A stretch of DNA of 64,000 bases from NCBI GenBank assembly GCA_964016885.1, contig OZ024747.1, positions 39,866,001 to 39,930,000 of the forward strand, given 5' to 3'. The notes under the pieces were generated by a model. It had not been told where the DNA came from. It saw only the letters and a list, made by a program, of their open reading frames with translations, and made no database searches. Positions 1-13,370 of the stretch are shown here, in pieces. The first letter of the stretch is position 1, and each line of letters starts with the position of its first letter. The stretch comes from Eledone cirrhosa (Eukaryota). Both the position numbers and the translations under genes were made by a program.

Positions 1-161
1 TCCACGTCTCTTTCTACGCCTCCTCTTACATCCTCATTACAACCTGATTCTGTTACCCAGAGATTTACCCATCTGCATTGTTGAGGCTTCCAAAACCACC
101 ATTTTTATTATTCTACAATGCTTCAAGCAAACCGCAGCACTACATATATATATATATATAT

Positions 162-352
162 AGGAACGAGTAGGACCCCGACGGCTGAGCTCAAGCCGTT
201 TCGACAGCTAATTCTGGACTAGAATTAGCCGTCGAAACGGCTTGAGCTCAGCTGTGGGGGTCCTACTCGTTCCTATTACCCACTCTACAACACTAAGTAT
301 TGAGTACTTTGGTGCGTTATAGTCCACCTGGTTCCTTACCACATTTCCTTCG

Positions 353-354
<2 letters not shown>
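162..354 (+). mobile_element. Short fold-back derivative of the Neptune-like element at 53103-57084 (family A), inserted in (TA)n
   Basis: Inverted arms AGGAACGAGTAGGACCCCGAC.../...GGTCCTACTCGTTCCT plus a one-sided ~80-nt extension; same termini as 53103-57084; TA tracts on both sides. Confidence 0.85.
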
Positions 355-390
<36 letters not shown>

Positions 391-391
<1 letters not shown>

Positions 392-710
392 CGTTAACCA
401 TGGTCTTCCTCTTCCAGTGTGTCCATGCAGGGACTCGTACAGGAGCACTGAATGCAATGTCAACTCTGGATGTCGGTGAGCATATCCAGCCAACTTCATT
501 CTCCTCTGTGTCACTTTTGAGCTGACTTTTGGGAGGCTCCCGTACAGCTCTGAGTTTTTCATCCTCAGTGTATACCAAGGTTAAGGTATGTTGATGCCCC
601 AAGGACAGACACTGGTCTGTTGGAGACGCAGGACGTGGCAGCGATAATGAGGGACAGAGACCGCTGGAGAGTACTCGTCCATGGATCTCGGGAATTTTAC
701 TCGCCCTAGA
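391..710. mobile_element. RTE/RTEX-clade LINE 3' fragment with 5' inversion
   Basis: 391-577 (-) encodes SKVTQRRMKLAGYAHRHPEL...GRGRPWLTY; 578-710 (+) carries the downstream 3' end. Matches copies at 10031 and 25475. Confidence 0.75.
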
Positions 711-713
711 GAG

Positions 714-764
<51 letters not shown>

Positions 765-769
<5 letters not shown>

Positions 770-1607
770 GACGTAAAATAAGAAAATTATAATAGTTAAC
801 TTACTAAAATTTCACTCCAACTAATTAGTTTCTGAAAGGGAATAAACATGGTTTCCAAATGGAAAGCATGGAGAAGCCGTTTCATCATCAGGAAGTCTGT
901 TCTTAGCTAAGTTACCAGGCGATGCGTGGACACAGGGAACTTATACAAAAATAATTCAGTGGATGGAAAAAAGCAAGCGTGGACTAAATTCCAAGACATT
1001 GAAAAAATCACTGCCTACCTGGTCGGTGGCAAATTCAAAAGAATCAATCACGTGACATCGAGGTTAATCAGTGAGGAGTGGGGTGTTAAAAAGACACTAG
1101 CCGAGCCATTACTATGAACTATAGTAGCAGTTTTGGCAAATTTTGGCTCAACAAAATAATTTTGAGATAATTATAAAGAATTAGTATATCATTAGTATAT
1201 CGTGATTGATTCTTTTGAATTTGCCACCGACCAAGTAGGCAGTGATTTTTTCAATGTCTTGGAATTTAGTCCACGCTTGCTTTTTTCCATCCACTGAATT
1301 ATTTTTGTATAAGTTCCCTGTGTCCACGCATCGCCTGGTAACTTAGCTGAGAACAGACTTCTTGATGACGAAACGCCTCCTCCATGCTTTCCATTTGGAA
1401 ACCATGTTTATTCCCTTTCAGAAACTAATTAGTTGGAGTGAAATTTTAGTAAGTAAGTTAATTTTTATAATTTTCTTATTTTACGTCTTTCATATAATTG
1501 TTCTGCATCCCCTTGCATTGAACCACAAAGTTACTAAGACAAAACCTATATATTTGCTAGCATAGGTATGCATCTGTATATATATGTTGGTAGATATACT
1601 AATTCTT
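765..1607 (+). mobile_element. Fold-back non-autonomous element (family B) with HHR, in (TA)n
   Basis: 766-~1070 is inverted against ~1200-1492, followed by a ~115-nt extension; second copy at 36170-36590. Confidence 0.8.
814..896 (-). ncRNA. Type I hammerhead ribozyme (family B)
   Basis: Minus strand: ACUUC-CUGAUGA-UGAAA...UUUCA-GAAA-CUAAUUAG-UU-GGAGU; palindromic stem III. Mirror copy 1357-1439 (+) has C3>U. Confidence 0.65.
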
Positions 1608-1633
1608 TATATATATATATATATATATATATA

Positions 1634-2625
1634 GGCTACGGAAAAAAACATTAGGAAATCTTTTAGCGAACTGGTCTGAAAATAACGTACGAATATCTTC
1701 TAGACGTAAATCTTGAATACAGGACTGATACGACTCTTCCACAAAATAAACGAGAAGCTTATCTATATTAATTTTAACTCGAGTCACCCACTTTCTATGA
1801 TCAAATCGGGTCCTCGCAGTATTTCTCTCAGAATTTCTCGCCTATCGTCTAACTCTGAGATTTTCAGTGAACATGCGGAATACTATAATAACGCGTTAAA
1901 GAATGCAAACCACCGGGATAAAATAGAATACATTGATAAGAATCTCCATAGCACACATAGCAACACACAAAATCAGAGAATATGTAACCGGGGTACAGAA
2001 ATACAAGCGTACACACGGAGTACCACCAGACATACTACTAATAATAGAAAATCATCAACAAACTCAAATAAATTACGTTGCAGAAAATATATCTTGTATA
2101 ATCCCATTTTTAATGCTTCGATTAGTACGAAACTATCTCTTTCATTCTTTAAGTTAATTAACAAGCATTTCCCTAATTCCCATAAATACAGTAAAATTCT
2201 AAATTCTAAGACTATTAAGCTATCATACTCCACTGCACCAAACCTTGAAGCATACATAAACAAACTTAACTTAAAGCAATTATTAAACAACACTACAAAA
2301 CAAAATATTTTAGAAACAGATGGGCATAACATAATATCAGCCTCCCAACCACCAAAATAGGAGACGGGTATTACACAACCCACCTGAACTGTTATCCCAA
2401 CCTATCCATGGTACAGCTGTTACCCATAACAAAAACTGCAACTGCTACCTACCCGAAAGATGCCCATCGAAGAATAAATGCCTAGAGTCCAACATTGTTT
2501 ATCAATGCACTGTCGAATCAAACGATCAGAAATGGTATTACATCGGGTCTACATTACCTCTTTTAAATCTCGCTGGTATCGTCATCGATTTTTGATTAAA
2601 CATCCTGAACACCGTTTTGTAACCA
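1634..2625 (+). pseudogene. Penelope-like (Neptune-type) RT C-terminus/GIY-YIG fragment, frameshifted
   Basis: ORF 1713-2360 has YINFNSSHP, LSSNSEIF, YNPIFN, KTIKLSYST; downstream frames give NCNC..CP..CLESNIVYQCTV...YIGST..FKSRWYRH. Confidence 0.85.
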
Positions 2626-2683
2626 CGGAACTGGGGGTTTATCGGAGAGGGACAACACATGGCCTCCACTGTTTACCGTGTGC

Positions 2684-2741
<58 letters not shown>

Positions 2742-2748
<7 letters not shown>

Positions 2749-2927
2749 TAACAGATTAAAGTTTAAGCAAAGAACCGCTGCTTTAAGGTTAAGGGTGAAA
2801 GCAGCGATTCTTTGCTTAAACTTTAATCTGTTATTTTAATAAATATTTGCTCTACGGCTCTTATATTTGATATATATTTATCCTTATCGAGCCCTCTTTG
2901 GATTTTAGTCTTTAATTTATTATTACT
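2742..2927 (+). mobile_element. Short fold-back element (family C) in (TA)n
   Basis: TTAAAATAACAGATTAAAGTTTAAGCAAAGAA inverted pair plus ~90-nt extension; remnants at 10894-10980, 44184-44278, ~4422-4450. Confidence 0.75.
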
Positions 2928-2949
2928 ATATATATATATATACATATAT

Positions 2950-3141
2950 AACGGAAGAAATGTGGTAAGGAACCAGGTGGACCATAACGCACCAAAGTAC
3001 TCAATACTTAGGGTAGTACAGTGGGTAATAGGAACGAGTAGGACTCCGACGGCTGAGCTCAAGCCGTTTCGACGGCTAATTCTGGTCCAGAATTAGCCGT
3101 CGAAACGGCTTGAGCTCAGCCGTCGGGGTCCTACTCGTTCC

Positions 3142-3142
<1 letters not shown>
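2950..3142 (-). mobile_element. Family A short fold-back copy
   Basis: Reverse-complement counterpart of 162-354. Confidence 0.85.
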
Positions 3143-3179
<37 letters not shown>

Positions 3180-3967
3180 TCATATAAAAGGATGTAAAAT
3201 AAATATTATTATATTTCTCTAATGGTATCTATATAATTTTGAATTAGCTGCTTATTGATACCCATGGTCTCTTAAAAGTCGAAAAACATATTAAGTACCA
3301 AAACACCGATTGCGTCATTTTTTTGTAATCTTACGTATATAATTTTTGTGTTAATATACATATATGGAAAGATGTTGCCTGTTTCTATGTTTGCGTCTGG
3401 ACCTCTCAGTGAGTGTGAATGTGTCTATTTTCTCAATTAATCTATCAAATCCTTTTTTCATATTTATATATTTTGTAATGAATCGTAATATTGAGGTTGT
3501 GAACATTTGATATAAGTATAAATAACCAATATCTTATTTGTGCGGTATATTTACATATTTCCTTCAATAAGTTATCTACAAACACAGAAATACCTCAAAT
3601 GCTTACAACGAACAATAAATAGATAATATAGTGAAAAAGCAATTATGGTCCTATAAAAAGTCAAAAACTACTGGGAAATCTTACGCTTCGATTAAATACA
3701 ATGTCTCTCGTGTTAACACCAATAAAGAGCACAGAGGTTTCGTGTTTTATTTATTTCTGGAAATGGGAAAACGAAGTACATAAATACATTTTTCTAATTA
3801 TATTAAATTTAGATCCATTGAAATTTGTTTTCCTGGATTTATTTTGGATAGAGAGATATAGAATTGAAATTACATTTGCCCCGAAAAAAAAACGACATTC
3901 TATATCATTTTTAGTTTCTTGGCGGACCATTCTTCTACACTGTACACCCCACCCACCATATATATAT

Positions 3968-4372
3968 AAGGGCAATCCCAAAAGTAAGGTTTCCTTCCGA
4001 TATTGAAGCTGCCAATATTGCAACTTTTCCGTTAAAATCCTGTGGATGGTGCTTCGGGAAACCTCAGGAACGAAAATGCATAGAGCATCCAGAGTGATCC
4101 GCCGATCTTTACGCATGTTTTCCTCGGAAGGAGACGTTACTTTGGGGATTGCCCCCTATATAATAATTGCGCGAAATTCGCACTTGGCGGTAGCGTTCAA
4201 CGGAAGCTCCATTCTCAACGGCTACCAATCAAGATTGAGCATCCCAGTGAAGCGCGCGAATGCTTGTTTGGGAGTGAAGGAAGCACCAATTACAACAGTG
4301 TTGCCAACAGCCGTACGAACAGTTTCTCTGCGTCCTCATCGCTTTGGAGACCTTACTTTTGGGATTACCCTC

Positions 4373-4373
<1 letters not shown>
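3968..4373 (-). mobile_element. Mariner-type DNA transposon deletion derivative
   Basis: TIRs related to CGAGGGTAATCCCAAAAGTAAGGTCTCC at both ends with flanking TA, third TIR copy ~4130-4157; minus-strand peptides [17 protein letters not shown] and DRRITLDAL...[14 protein letters not shown] resemble a mariner transposase N-terminus/HTH. Confidence 0.75.
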
Positions 4374-4423
<50 letters not shown>

Positions 4424-4450
4424 GTAATAATAATAAATTTGAAGACTAAA

Positions 4451-4512
<62 letters not shown>

Positions 4513-4534
4513 TCATATATATATACATATTCAT

Positions 4535-4676
4535 TTAAGGTTAAATAGTGAGTCTTGTTACTCTGCAGTTTCGCCCGTTTATCACAGTAACAAGACTCAC
4601 TATTTAGCCTTAATAAATGAATATTAAAACACTACTTCGGTATTGAGTACTCGTTTCTCTCAGGCGTCAACCACAT

Positions 4677-4680
<4 letters not shown>
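4535..4680 (+). mobile_element. Short fold-back element (family M) in (TA)n
   Basis: TAAATAGTGAGTCTTGTTACT.../AGTAACAAGACTCACTATTTA inverted pair plus extension with TATTGAGTACT; relatives at ~5220-5370, 15745-15915, 58448-58500. Confidence 0.7.
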
Positions 4681-4738
<58 letters not shown>

Positions 4739-5233
4739 CAATTATATGTGGGAAGGGCACACAGTCAAAAATATACTTAATTGTTTCTTCAAAGTCCCGA
4801 CTCGATAGTTTCGTTGATTGATATGCAGTCAGAGTGCAACTAAAGTGCACTGGGGCCGTGAAGCTATCGGCTTTTCAAGAGACCTCTCAATGAAAGGATA
4901 AATTCCTGAACCGACCGCTACCAGGGAAAACAATTCGGTACGGTGAATCATCAGAATAGTAGTGAAGGGTGGACGGTTGGCGAGTAGCATATTTGCCAGA
5001 AGAAGGCAGTTAGTCTCCGCCTAATTTTTACTCAACCGTAAGGGAGCTAGGTCAAATTAATAATATATATGTATATACATATAGATAGCTAAGTATAAAC
5101 ACATATATATAAGGTGTCTCTCTTTTAACAGTTTTGCTCAATGCCTGAGAGAAATAAATAAATAATTAATTAATCAAAGCTATATAACAATTATAAGGGT
5201 GAAAAGCAAAGAGATACCTAATTGTCTGAGAGA

Positions 5234-5282
5234 CTTGACTGGTGATCCTGTGAGTACACAGGTGAAACATCAAAGTAACAAG
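5234..5282 (+). ncRNA. Degenerate type I HHR (family M relative)
   Basis: CUUG-A-CUGGUGA-UCCUGUG agua CACAGGU-GAAA-CAUCAAAG-UA-ACAAG; core has A6>G. Confidence 0.5.
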
Positions 5283-7685
5283 ACTCACCACATATTCATA
5301 ATAAAGAATAATATATTCTACTTTTGATTTGTGTACTCATTTTCACGTCCGTCTATATCATGTGGATATATATTTGAATGGCCTTTCCTAAAATGGCTGC
5401 CTTTTAATTACTTTAGTAGCCGTCGATAAATATATTCCGTGAAGATACTGCAACAATAAAGATGGCCTACATATGGAAACTTTTCATAACAAACAATATA
5501 GTTCTCCTGTAAACATATCAATAACAAACAAGAAAGCAAGCAGTTGAACACGTCGATAACAAACATTGAACCTAGATATATTTTAGCAATTGCTTTCGTC
5601 GTCGACATTTTCTTTCGTCTCAATTTTAGTCAGTAAAGTGACACTCGAAAGATATGAAAGGCATCGATTCAATTTATCTCGAAATTGAAACCTCTAACTG
5701 CATTCTGATGAAATGATAACAGAAGTTTCGGTGTATGTGTTCTCCAGATTAATTGGAGAGAGCTTTAAAAGCAATAAACTATCTCATACATCATTACATC
5801 AAATTCTCAATTGCCTTCTTTCCTACAGCATAAACATCATTTATATCGGACATCGTAGAATTTCACCTTTTACACATCATACAGTAGCAACATAATTCAG
5901 CTAATGCGGTAAAATGATACAGTGGGATTTACTGTCAATTTATTTTTAAAGCTAGTCAGCGTATCTACACCTATATAAATTTAGAATATGATAAATAGTG
6001 AAACCCTGGAAAAGAATTCATATGTGAATTGCTTTTATAATTATTTTCATTTCATAGTAAACTAATCAAGCAATCCGCGATTGATAAAATGATTTTAGCT
6101 TCGCTTCTCATTTTGTTGTAGTAACTATAAAATGAACTGATATGTAGCTGCTAACACTCAAATAACATTTATCGACAAAGTAATAGAAAGCATATAAGAC
6201 ATTGAACTAGCACAATACATTGGATTGTTATAGTTCTTACTTTTATTGTTTCTAAATTGGTTCAATTTGAAACGGTGATTAGGACAGGCTTCTACAAGTA
6301 ATTTAGAGTACATGTGAAACGAAGAAAAATACTATATAGGTACTCATATGAATCTCAATTAATCATTATTTCTATCTCTTTTTATGTTCCTTTGCCATGC
6401 TACTTTCATTAATAATATATAATTAGGAACATGCAATAGCATTCATGTTTAGCGTAAGGAACGTCTCTAGAATTCATACCATTTACAAAGAAAAGTAAAC
6501 ATGTGAGTGAAGGTTTAAATGGATTCAATTTGAGTAATATTGGATACTAAAATAATAGGTCCAGTAGCTTATACTCTGCAAGACTCATTGTTATTATCAT
6601 TAAAAACAATGGAGACGTATATTCCGGTTCGTATTTCTCATGAAAAGTGTTATGACTCAACTTAAAGTACTGCATACATGCAAGTAATTAACATCGGTTA
6701 CCTTAAACTTTTTGTGAAAGTTGTAAACAACTCGCAGATATTCTGAATTACGAATTAATTTTCAAGGCAAGTCAAAATTACACACGATTTTCATTGTCCA
6801 GTGTGCGTAATTTCCTTTCTGGTATAATACGACATTGCATGAAAATAGATAAGGTACACACTTTTCTTTATATATCCGTGTCTTTATAGAGAAATCCAAG
6901 CAGCAGAAGCAGAAGTATCATGAACATAAACATTATCAACATCTACCTCCCTATCCTCACCATTATCATTATCATGATAGAAGTTATTGTTGTTAGCTTT
7001 GTCTCATTACTACTACCACTACAGATATTATTTTCATCTTCGTCAATATTTGATATGCCATAGAATGCGGTTGTGCAAGCAGTCGCATGTCTCCACAATG
7101 TTTATATTTGTGTTGCCCGTCACTGATAGCAAACGAGTGCTCTCAAAGACCACGATTAGACAACCAATCAATCAACGAATACATCGAGCAATTTCCATCA
7201 TGTAATTTATGAAGTGGTTCGATTCGATTAAACAGTCCTTTTAAGAGTACAAGTCATTTTGATATTAAAGACCTAACCATATGATGTGAACTGCCTGGCT
7301 GTCAACAATCTAATATTGCCTCTAAAATAGATTATGAACAGCATTATTACTGTTTTTATTATCAGTATGCTTACCTCTATTAACTGTTTCAGAAATGGAT
7401 ATTCTGACGCCATCATTACAGCTACAGAGAAAGGAAATCACTGCTTTCGGTAAATTCTAATTTAGAGAGTAAAAAATTTGCAGAAAGTAGAAAACCTTCG
7501 ACTTTTCATAGAGGTGATAAAGAAGCAAGGGTTATCAGGATTTGGCACCGTCTATATTATATATATATATATATACATATACATGTGCGCGTGTTTTCGT
7601 TTGTATGCATACAAACGAAAACACACACATATACACATTATACACACAGACATATTTACGTAATATATAATATATATATATATAT

Positions 7686-7961
7686 GGTGGCTGTCAACTC
7701 GTTTTCGAGTACGGCCACTACTTTATATGTAGGAGAACCCCTACCGATCCTCTGAACGAGTGTGAATTTTTAGTCCAGCCAGCGACTTGAAAACTCTGGT
7801 AGGTACAAACGCTACACTTGTGACAATTATTGACACATAGTGCTGGGCCCATGGTACCATGTGATGACAAGTGCAGAGATATCTCCAGATATAAAGCAAT
7901 GCCTGTGCCGTGAAGCTTTTATAGTGAGCAAAGGCACTGCACAAAGCCAGTCCCACTCTCT
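7686..7961 (-). mobile_element. 3' portion of non-autonomous retroelement (same family as 8484-9037)
   Basis: Near-identical direct repeat of 8484-8760, bounded by TA tracts. Confidence 0.7.
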
Positions 7962-7970
7962 TATATATAT

Positions 7971-8075
<105 letters not shown>

Positions 8076-8284
8076 TATATAAATATATATATACATATGT
8101 ATATATATATGTATGTATGTGTGTATATAGATATATTTATATATATATATACACATATAACTTCAATTAAAAAAATCCAAATATATATATATACATAATC
8201 GCTGACTCAAAACGCATGTGTTTTTCCCCTTCTTTTCTCATTTTCCCCGTTCCTTCGTCTTCTCAGTCTTTATCTTTCTATTTA

Positions 8285-8320
8285 TCTTCTAATGTAGGAC
8301 GAGTGTCCGAAACGTTAAGA
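8285..8320 (+). ncRNA. Degenerate minimal HHR
   Basis: UCUU-CUAAUGUA(damaged core)-GGAC gagu GUCC-GAAA-CG-UU-AAGA. Confidence 0.45.
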
Positions 8321-8401
8321 ATTTTTTCCCTGTTATTCAAGCGTTGAACTAATATATTTCTTCAATGCACTTTGTCATTTGTTGTTTTATTTCTGATTAC
8401 C

Positions 8402-8433
<32 letters not shown>

Positions 8434-8483
8434 CATACATACATACATACATACATACATACATACATACATACATACATACA

Positions 8484-9037
8484 TGGTGGCTGCCAACTAG
8501 TTTTCGAGTACGGCCACTACTTTATATTCATGTAGGAGAACTCCTATTGATGCGCTGAACGAGTGTGACTTTTTAGTCCAGCCAGCGACTTGAAAACTCT
8601 GGTACAAACACTACACTTGTGACAATTATTGACACATAGTGCTGGGCCCATGGTACCATGTGACGACAAGTGCAGAGAGATCTCCAGATATAAAGCAATG
8701 CCTGTGCCGTGAAGCTTTTATAGTGAGCAAAGGCACTGCACAAAGCCAGTCCCACTCTCTTAACCAAGATGATATTTACCAAAAAGAAGGACAAGTCAAC
8801 ATTATTGGATACCATCAGGGTTGCAGGTGTTATATCAGAGTTTTCCTTCTCCTAGAATTCTGCCTTGACAAAGGCTAAGGGGTCATCTCTCCCGGTGATT
8901 TTGGATGGCCATTGACTCTTAAGAGCTCCTTTGCCCTTTGACAGGTTTTGTTTTTAGTCCTGCAGGATGTCCAAAGTCACCCTCATCACCAAGAAACCTT
9001 GGTGGGGTTGCCAGTTTAGTCGCCAACGACTCGACCA
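8484..9037 (-). mobile_element. Non-autonomous, probably RTE/RTEX-derived element in (TACA)n
   Basis: Flanked by (CATA)n on both sides; minus strand contains CTAGGAGAAGGAAAACTCTGATATAA, reminiscent of RTE 5' UTRs; diverged relative at 35399-36012. Confidence 0.55.
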
Positions 9038-9083
9038 TATACATACATACATACATACATACATACATACATACATACATACA

Positions 9084-9119
<36 letters not shown>

Positions 9120-9574
9120 TTATAAAACTGTGAATTAACATGTTTAATTTCGCGAGGCTGTTGTGTTTCTTTGATATTTTTTATTGGTAAATGTAACACA
9201 TTCTTCATATTTTCAATAATAGCTACTTTGATTTTACAATGTTACGGTTAATTGAATGCACCGAATAGGATTTTTAAGCATCGAACGGTTATGGTGTTTC
9301 AGCAGATTAAAATAGTACTAAAGAGGTCCATAAGTAAAAAGAAGTTTTAGAACCCCTGTTTGTAGACTAACAGTAGGGGTCAGTCATATCTCACAATAGA
9401 AAAGCCATCACAACGTATATTGACTTAAAAAACGCTTTTGAATTAATGCAGCTAACAATAATGAAAACTCCTTCATTAGAATTTCATTCTCAAACTGGAT
9501 TTTACCCGGACTGTATTTGAAATTCTTTCGGGATATCACTTCAAATTCAAGGACTTTTCTCACTGTGTTCTGGT

Positions 9575-9805
9575 GTATATCAAATTCTCACGTCTCACTA
9601 CCACTTTCTGTTTTCACTATTACTGGCTCAACTGCAAACCTGTCGAATAGCGACCGATATTTGGAGTGTTTACCTTCCTAGACCCGAAGTGCAGCAGATC
9701 CTGGATTAGTTGCAGTCTGCATCAGCTTGCCGCTGTAGAAGGTGTCGCTGAATGTGGCATCCCAGATGAGCGGTTAACCAACGCTAAATGGAAAGATGGT
9801 CATTC
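9575..9805 (-). pseudogene. CRE/R2-group restriction-like endonuclease fragment
   Basis: Manual translation: MTIFPFSVG*PLIWDATFSDTFYSGKLMQTATNPGSAALRV*EGKHSKYRSLFDRFAVEPVIVKT, fitting the WDAT..DT...G.AA...E..K..KY pattern; two stops. Confidence 0.65.
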
Positions 9806-9847
9806 AGTGTGTGTGTGTGTGTGTGTCTGTGTGTGTGTGGGTCTGCA

Positions 9848-9878
<31 letters not shown>

Positions 9879-10030
9879 ACCATGTATTTAATACAATATA
9901 TTATCAAATTTCTTCCAATGGACATGAAAGGCTTTCACAGATGATTGTCGTTAAGTTACGGTTAATTTTTCACACAATCTTTTGTGTCAAGCTAATATTT
10001 TACTGACCGAATTTGCGGAATAATATATAT

Positions 10031-10557
10031 ATAGGGCGGGTAAAATTCCCGAGATCCATGGAAGATTTCTCTCCAGAGGTCTCTGTCCCTTATTATCACT
10101 GCCATGCCTTGCGTCTCCAACAGACCAGTGTCTGTCCTTACGGCATCAACATACGTTAACCTTGGTCTTCCTCTTCCAGTGTCTCCATCTGGGGACTCCC
10201 ACAGGAGCACTGAGTGCGATGTCAACTCAGGATGTCGGTGAGCATGTCCAGCTAATCTCAGTCTCCTCTGTGTCACTTTTGAGCTGACTTTTGGGAGGCT
10301 CCCATACAGCTCTGAGTTTTTCATCCTCAGTGTATACTGATTAATGTTCAGAGCCATCCTCAGCATTCTCGTGTAGCACCCATCCTTCGTAAAGAAGGTC
10401 CGACTCCCACACCGATCTCAAGCTGTGGCACGCCGCCCAGGCTTTGCTCTTCCTCTCAACAACTTCATCTTCCGTATTCCCAATCTTTGCTCCCAAATAC
10501 AGGAAGTCCTCAACCAATTCTAGCGGCTTCCTGCCTACACTAGTGATCCCCTCTGGC
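10031..10557 (-). mobile_element. RTE/RTEX LINE 3' fragment with internal deletion
   Basis: LELVEDFLYLGAKI...KAWAACHSLRSVW upstream, then MLRMALNINQY...RRLRLAGHAHRH...RGRPRLTYVD. Confidence 0.8.
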
Positions 10558-10580
10558 TATATATATATATATATATATAT

Positions 10581-10782
10581 AGGAACGAGTAGGACCCCGA
10601 CGGCTGAGCTCAAGCCGTTTCGACGGCTAATTCTGGACTAAATTTAGTCCAGAATTAGCCGTCGAAACGGCTTGAGCTCAGCCGTCAGGGTGCTACTCGT
10701 TCCTATTACCCACTCTACTAACCTAGTATTGAGTACTTTGGTGCGTTATGGTCCATCTGTTTCTTTACCACATTTCCTTCGT

Positions 10783-10783
<1 letters not shown>
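10581..10783 (+). mobile_element. Family A short fold-back copy
   Basis: Same termini as 162-354 with a slightly deeper palindrome centre (CTAAATTTAG). Confidence 0.85.
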
Positions 10784-10855
<72 letters not shown>

Positions 10856-10988
10856 TTATATATATATATATTTATATATATATATATATATATTTGCTCT
10901 ACGGTTCTTATATATTTGATATATATTTATCCTTATCGAGCCCTCTTTGGATTTTAGTCTTCAAATTTATTATTATTACTATATATAA

Positions 10989-11078
<90 letters not shown>

Positions 11079-11364
11079 TTATATATATATATATATATAT
11101 ACTTATTCTAATGACAAAATGTATTTAAAATACAGAAAATGTCTCAAAGAATTAAAATAACCCTCAATGTATTAGGAATGGGTAACTATGCTACAAAGTA
11201 CAATTAAACACGTTCTTATGTTATGTGACCCGATGACACACACTGCTCCATTACGTATCATTAAGTCCACGCATGCTGATACTTACTTCTCTAACATTGT
11301 GGTAGGTGTCGTCCATATAAATCTAGAACTACTATCAATGTTCAACACACTGATAATATGTATC

Positions 11365-11398
<34 letters not shown>

Positions 11399-11474
11399 TG
11401 TATGTATGTATGTATGTATATTATTATTGTTGTTGTCGTTATTATTATTGTTGTTATTACTATTATTATTGTTA

Positions 11475-11546
<72 letters not shown>

Positions 11547-12222
11547 CTTTTTTTCTCGTGCAATGGCCATACTCGATAACGAAGGGGCACCCATCATCGT
11601 GTATGTATGTATGCATGCATGCATATAAGTTTGTACATATATATGTATGTACGTATACATATACGTGCGTATATGAAAGAATGGACGGAGGGATGGAGCG
11701 GTGGAGGGGTGGATATACGGATGGATGAATGGATATCCTGTACTGCACTGTGCTGGCATTTATTTACAATGCTGTGACATGAAATGTACTAGATTGTAAG
11801 ATATGAAAGCTAATGCCTTTACTTTGATTATGTGTGTCCATTTCTGTGTGCATTGCAGGTATCTATGTCTATATACTGATATATTCTATCTTTTGTATAC
11901 ATTTGTGACTTAATCCTGGTGAACTCATCATATGTTGTCCGAGTAAAGCAGGCTCAATCAACGGTAACTAACATTTCATTGCAGTACCAGCATACTGAGT
12001 CATTAGAACATAGGATAGAATAATTTACTCTATTCGTTCCGGCACTTTGATCTCTCAACTCAAATCCCACAGAGGTGAACTTTGCCTTTCATCAACTTAA
12101 GGTCGATAGGAAAAGCAACAGTCTAGTACTGGGGTCGATTCTTCATTTATATATCTCGCCAGGTTTTTAAAATGGCATAGAAACGCCACATGGCAATACG
12201 GTGACCCAACGACTCTCCCATG

Positions 12223-12256
<34 letters not shown>

Positions 12257-12439
12257 CTTTGTGTGTGTGGTGTGTGTGTGTGTGTTACTTTACTGCATCT
12301 TCCAGTCGACCCTCTGAGGCCATGCTGGGGAATCACCATTGATGCCTTTTCATCTCCAACTTTACCTTCCTTCCATTCCAGGTTGTTAGATATATACCAA
12401 TCAAGTAGTCGTTATTCTTCTATAACTCTTTCTAGATTC

Positions 12440-12540
<101 letters not shown>

Positions 12541-12564
12541 TCTCATATATATATATATATATAT

Positions 12565-12748
12565 AGAAAAGTTTCTACAGGACTAGTACTGTTTCATTCG
12601 TGAGAAATCATCAGGAAGCTTCCTGATGACTTCTTACGAATTAAACAGTTCTAGTCCTGTAGAAGCTTTTCTATATTAAACATTTATACTCTGCTTTGTA
12701 TTGAGTACCTTACTTACTGTGGTTACCTCCGAGTGAACTCGAGATAAA

Positions 12749-12750
<2 letters not shown>
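12565..12750 (+). mobile_element. Fold-back element (family D) made of two opposed HHRs
   Basis: Palindrome centred at 12618/12619; consensus GCUUC-CUGAUGA-stem II-GAAA-CAG uACUAGUc CUG-UA-GAAGC; extension with TATTGAGTACC; TA flanks. Confidence 0.75.
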
Positions 12751-12807
<57 letters not shown>

Positions 12808-13134
12808 ATACTTTGGGAGGGTCATGTTGCCAATAAGAAACACACGCACCAGTTGCTTTCACTTCAATTTATTATAATAAATTTATAATAAATTTACAAA
12901 TTTATAAATTTCTGGTTGGTTGGTTGGTTCCACAACCAGATAGTTGTTTATATATTGTCATAGTTCTTTCGTCACACACTCTGTGTCCTCTTCAGTGACT
13001 GGGGATTCCTTTCTTTGTTTCTGTGCCTCTCCTTTGTTCTGTCCTACGCCATTTTGTTTCTGTGACACACACAGAAACAAAATGGCGTAGGACAGAACAA
13101 AGGAGAGGCACAGAAACAAAGAAAGGAATCCCCA

Positions 13135-13177
13135 GTCACTGAAGAGGACACAGAGTGTGTGACGAAAGAACTATGAC
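13135..13177 (+). ncRNA. Minimal type I HHR (mirror copy 12957-12999, -)
   Basis: GUCA-CUGAAGA-GGACACAGAGUGUGUGAC-GAAA-GAAC-UA-UGAC. Confidence 0.65.
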
Positions 13178-13370
13178 AATATATAAACAACTATCTGGTT
13201 GTGGAACCAACCAACCAAGCAGAAATTTATAAATTTATAAATTTATTATAAATTTATTATAATAAATTGAAGTGAAAGCAACTGGTACGTGTGTTTCTTA
13301 TTGGCAACGTGACCCTCCCAAAGTATAACAATATATGTGAGAAAAACCACAGACCCTCCATCTCAACTCA

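Noticed and set aside
4940-4960. CTGATGA on the minus strand
   Set aside because: No correctly placed GAAA, stem III or stem I; likely chance.
5400-6900. Possible decayed hAT transposase on the minus strand
   Set aside because: Only a faint resemblance near 5570-5670; needs a profile search.
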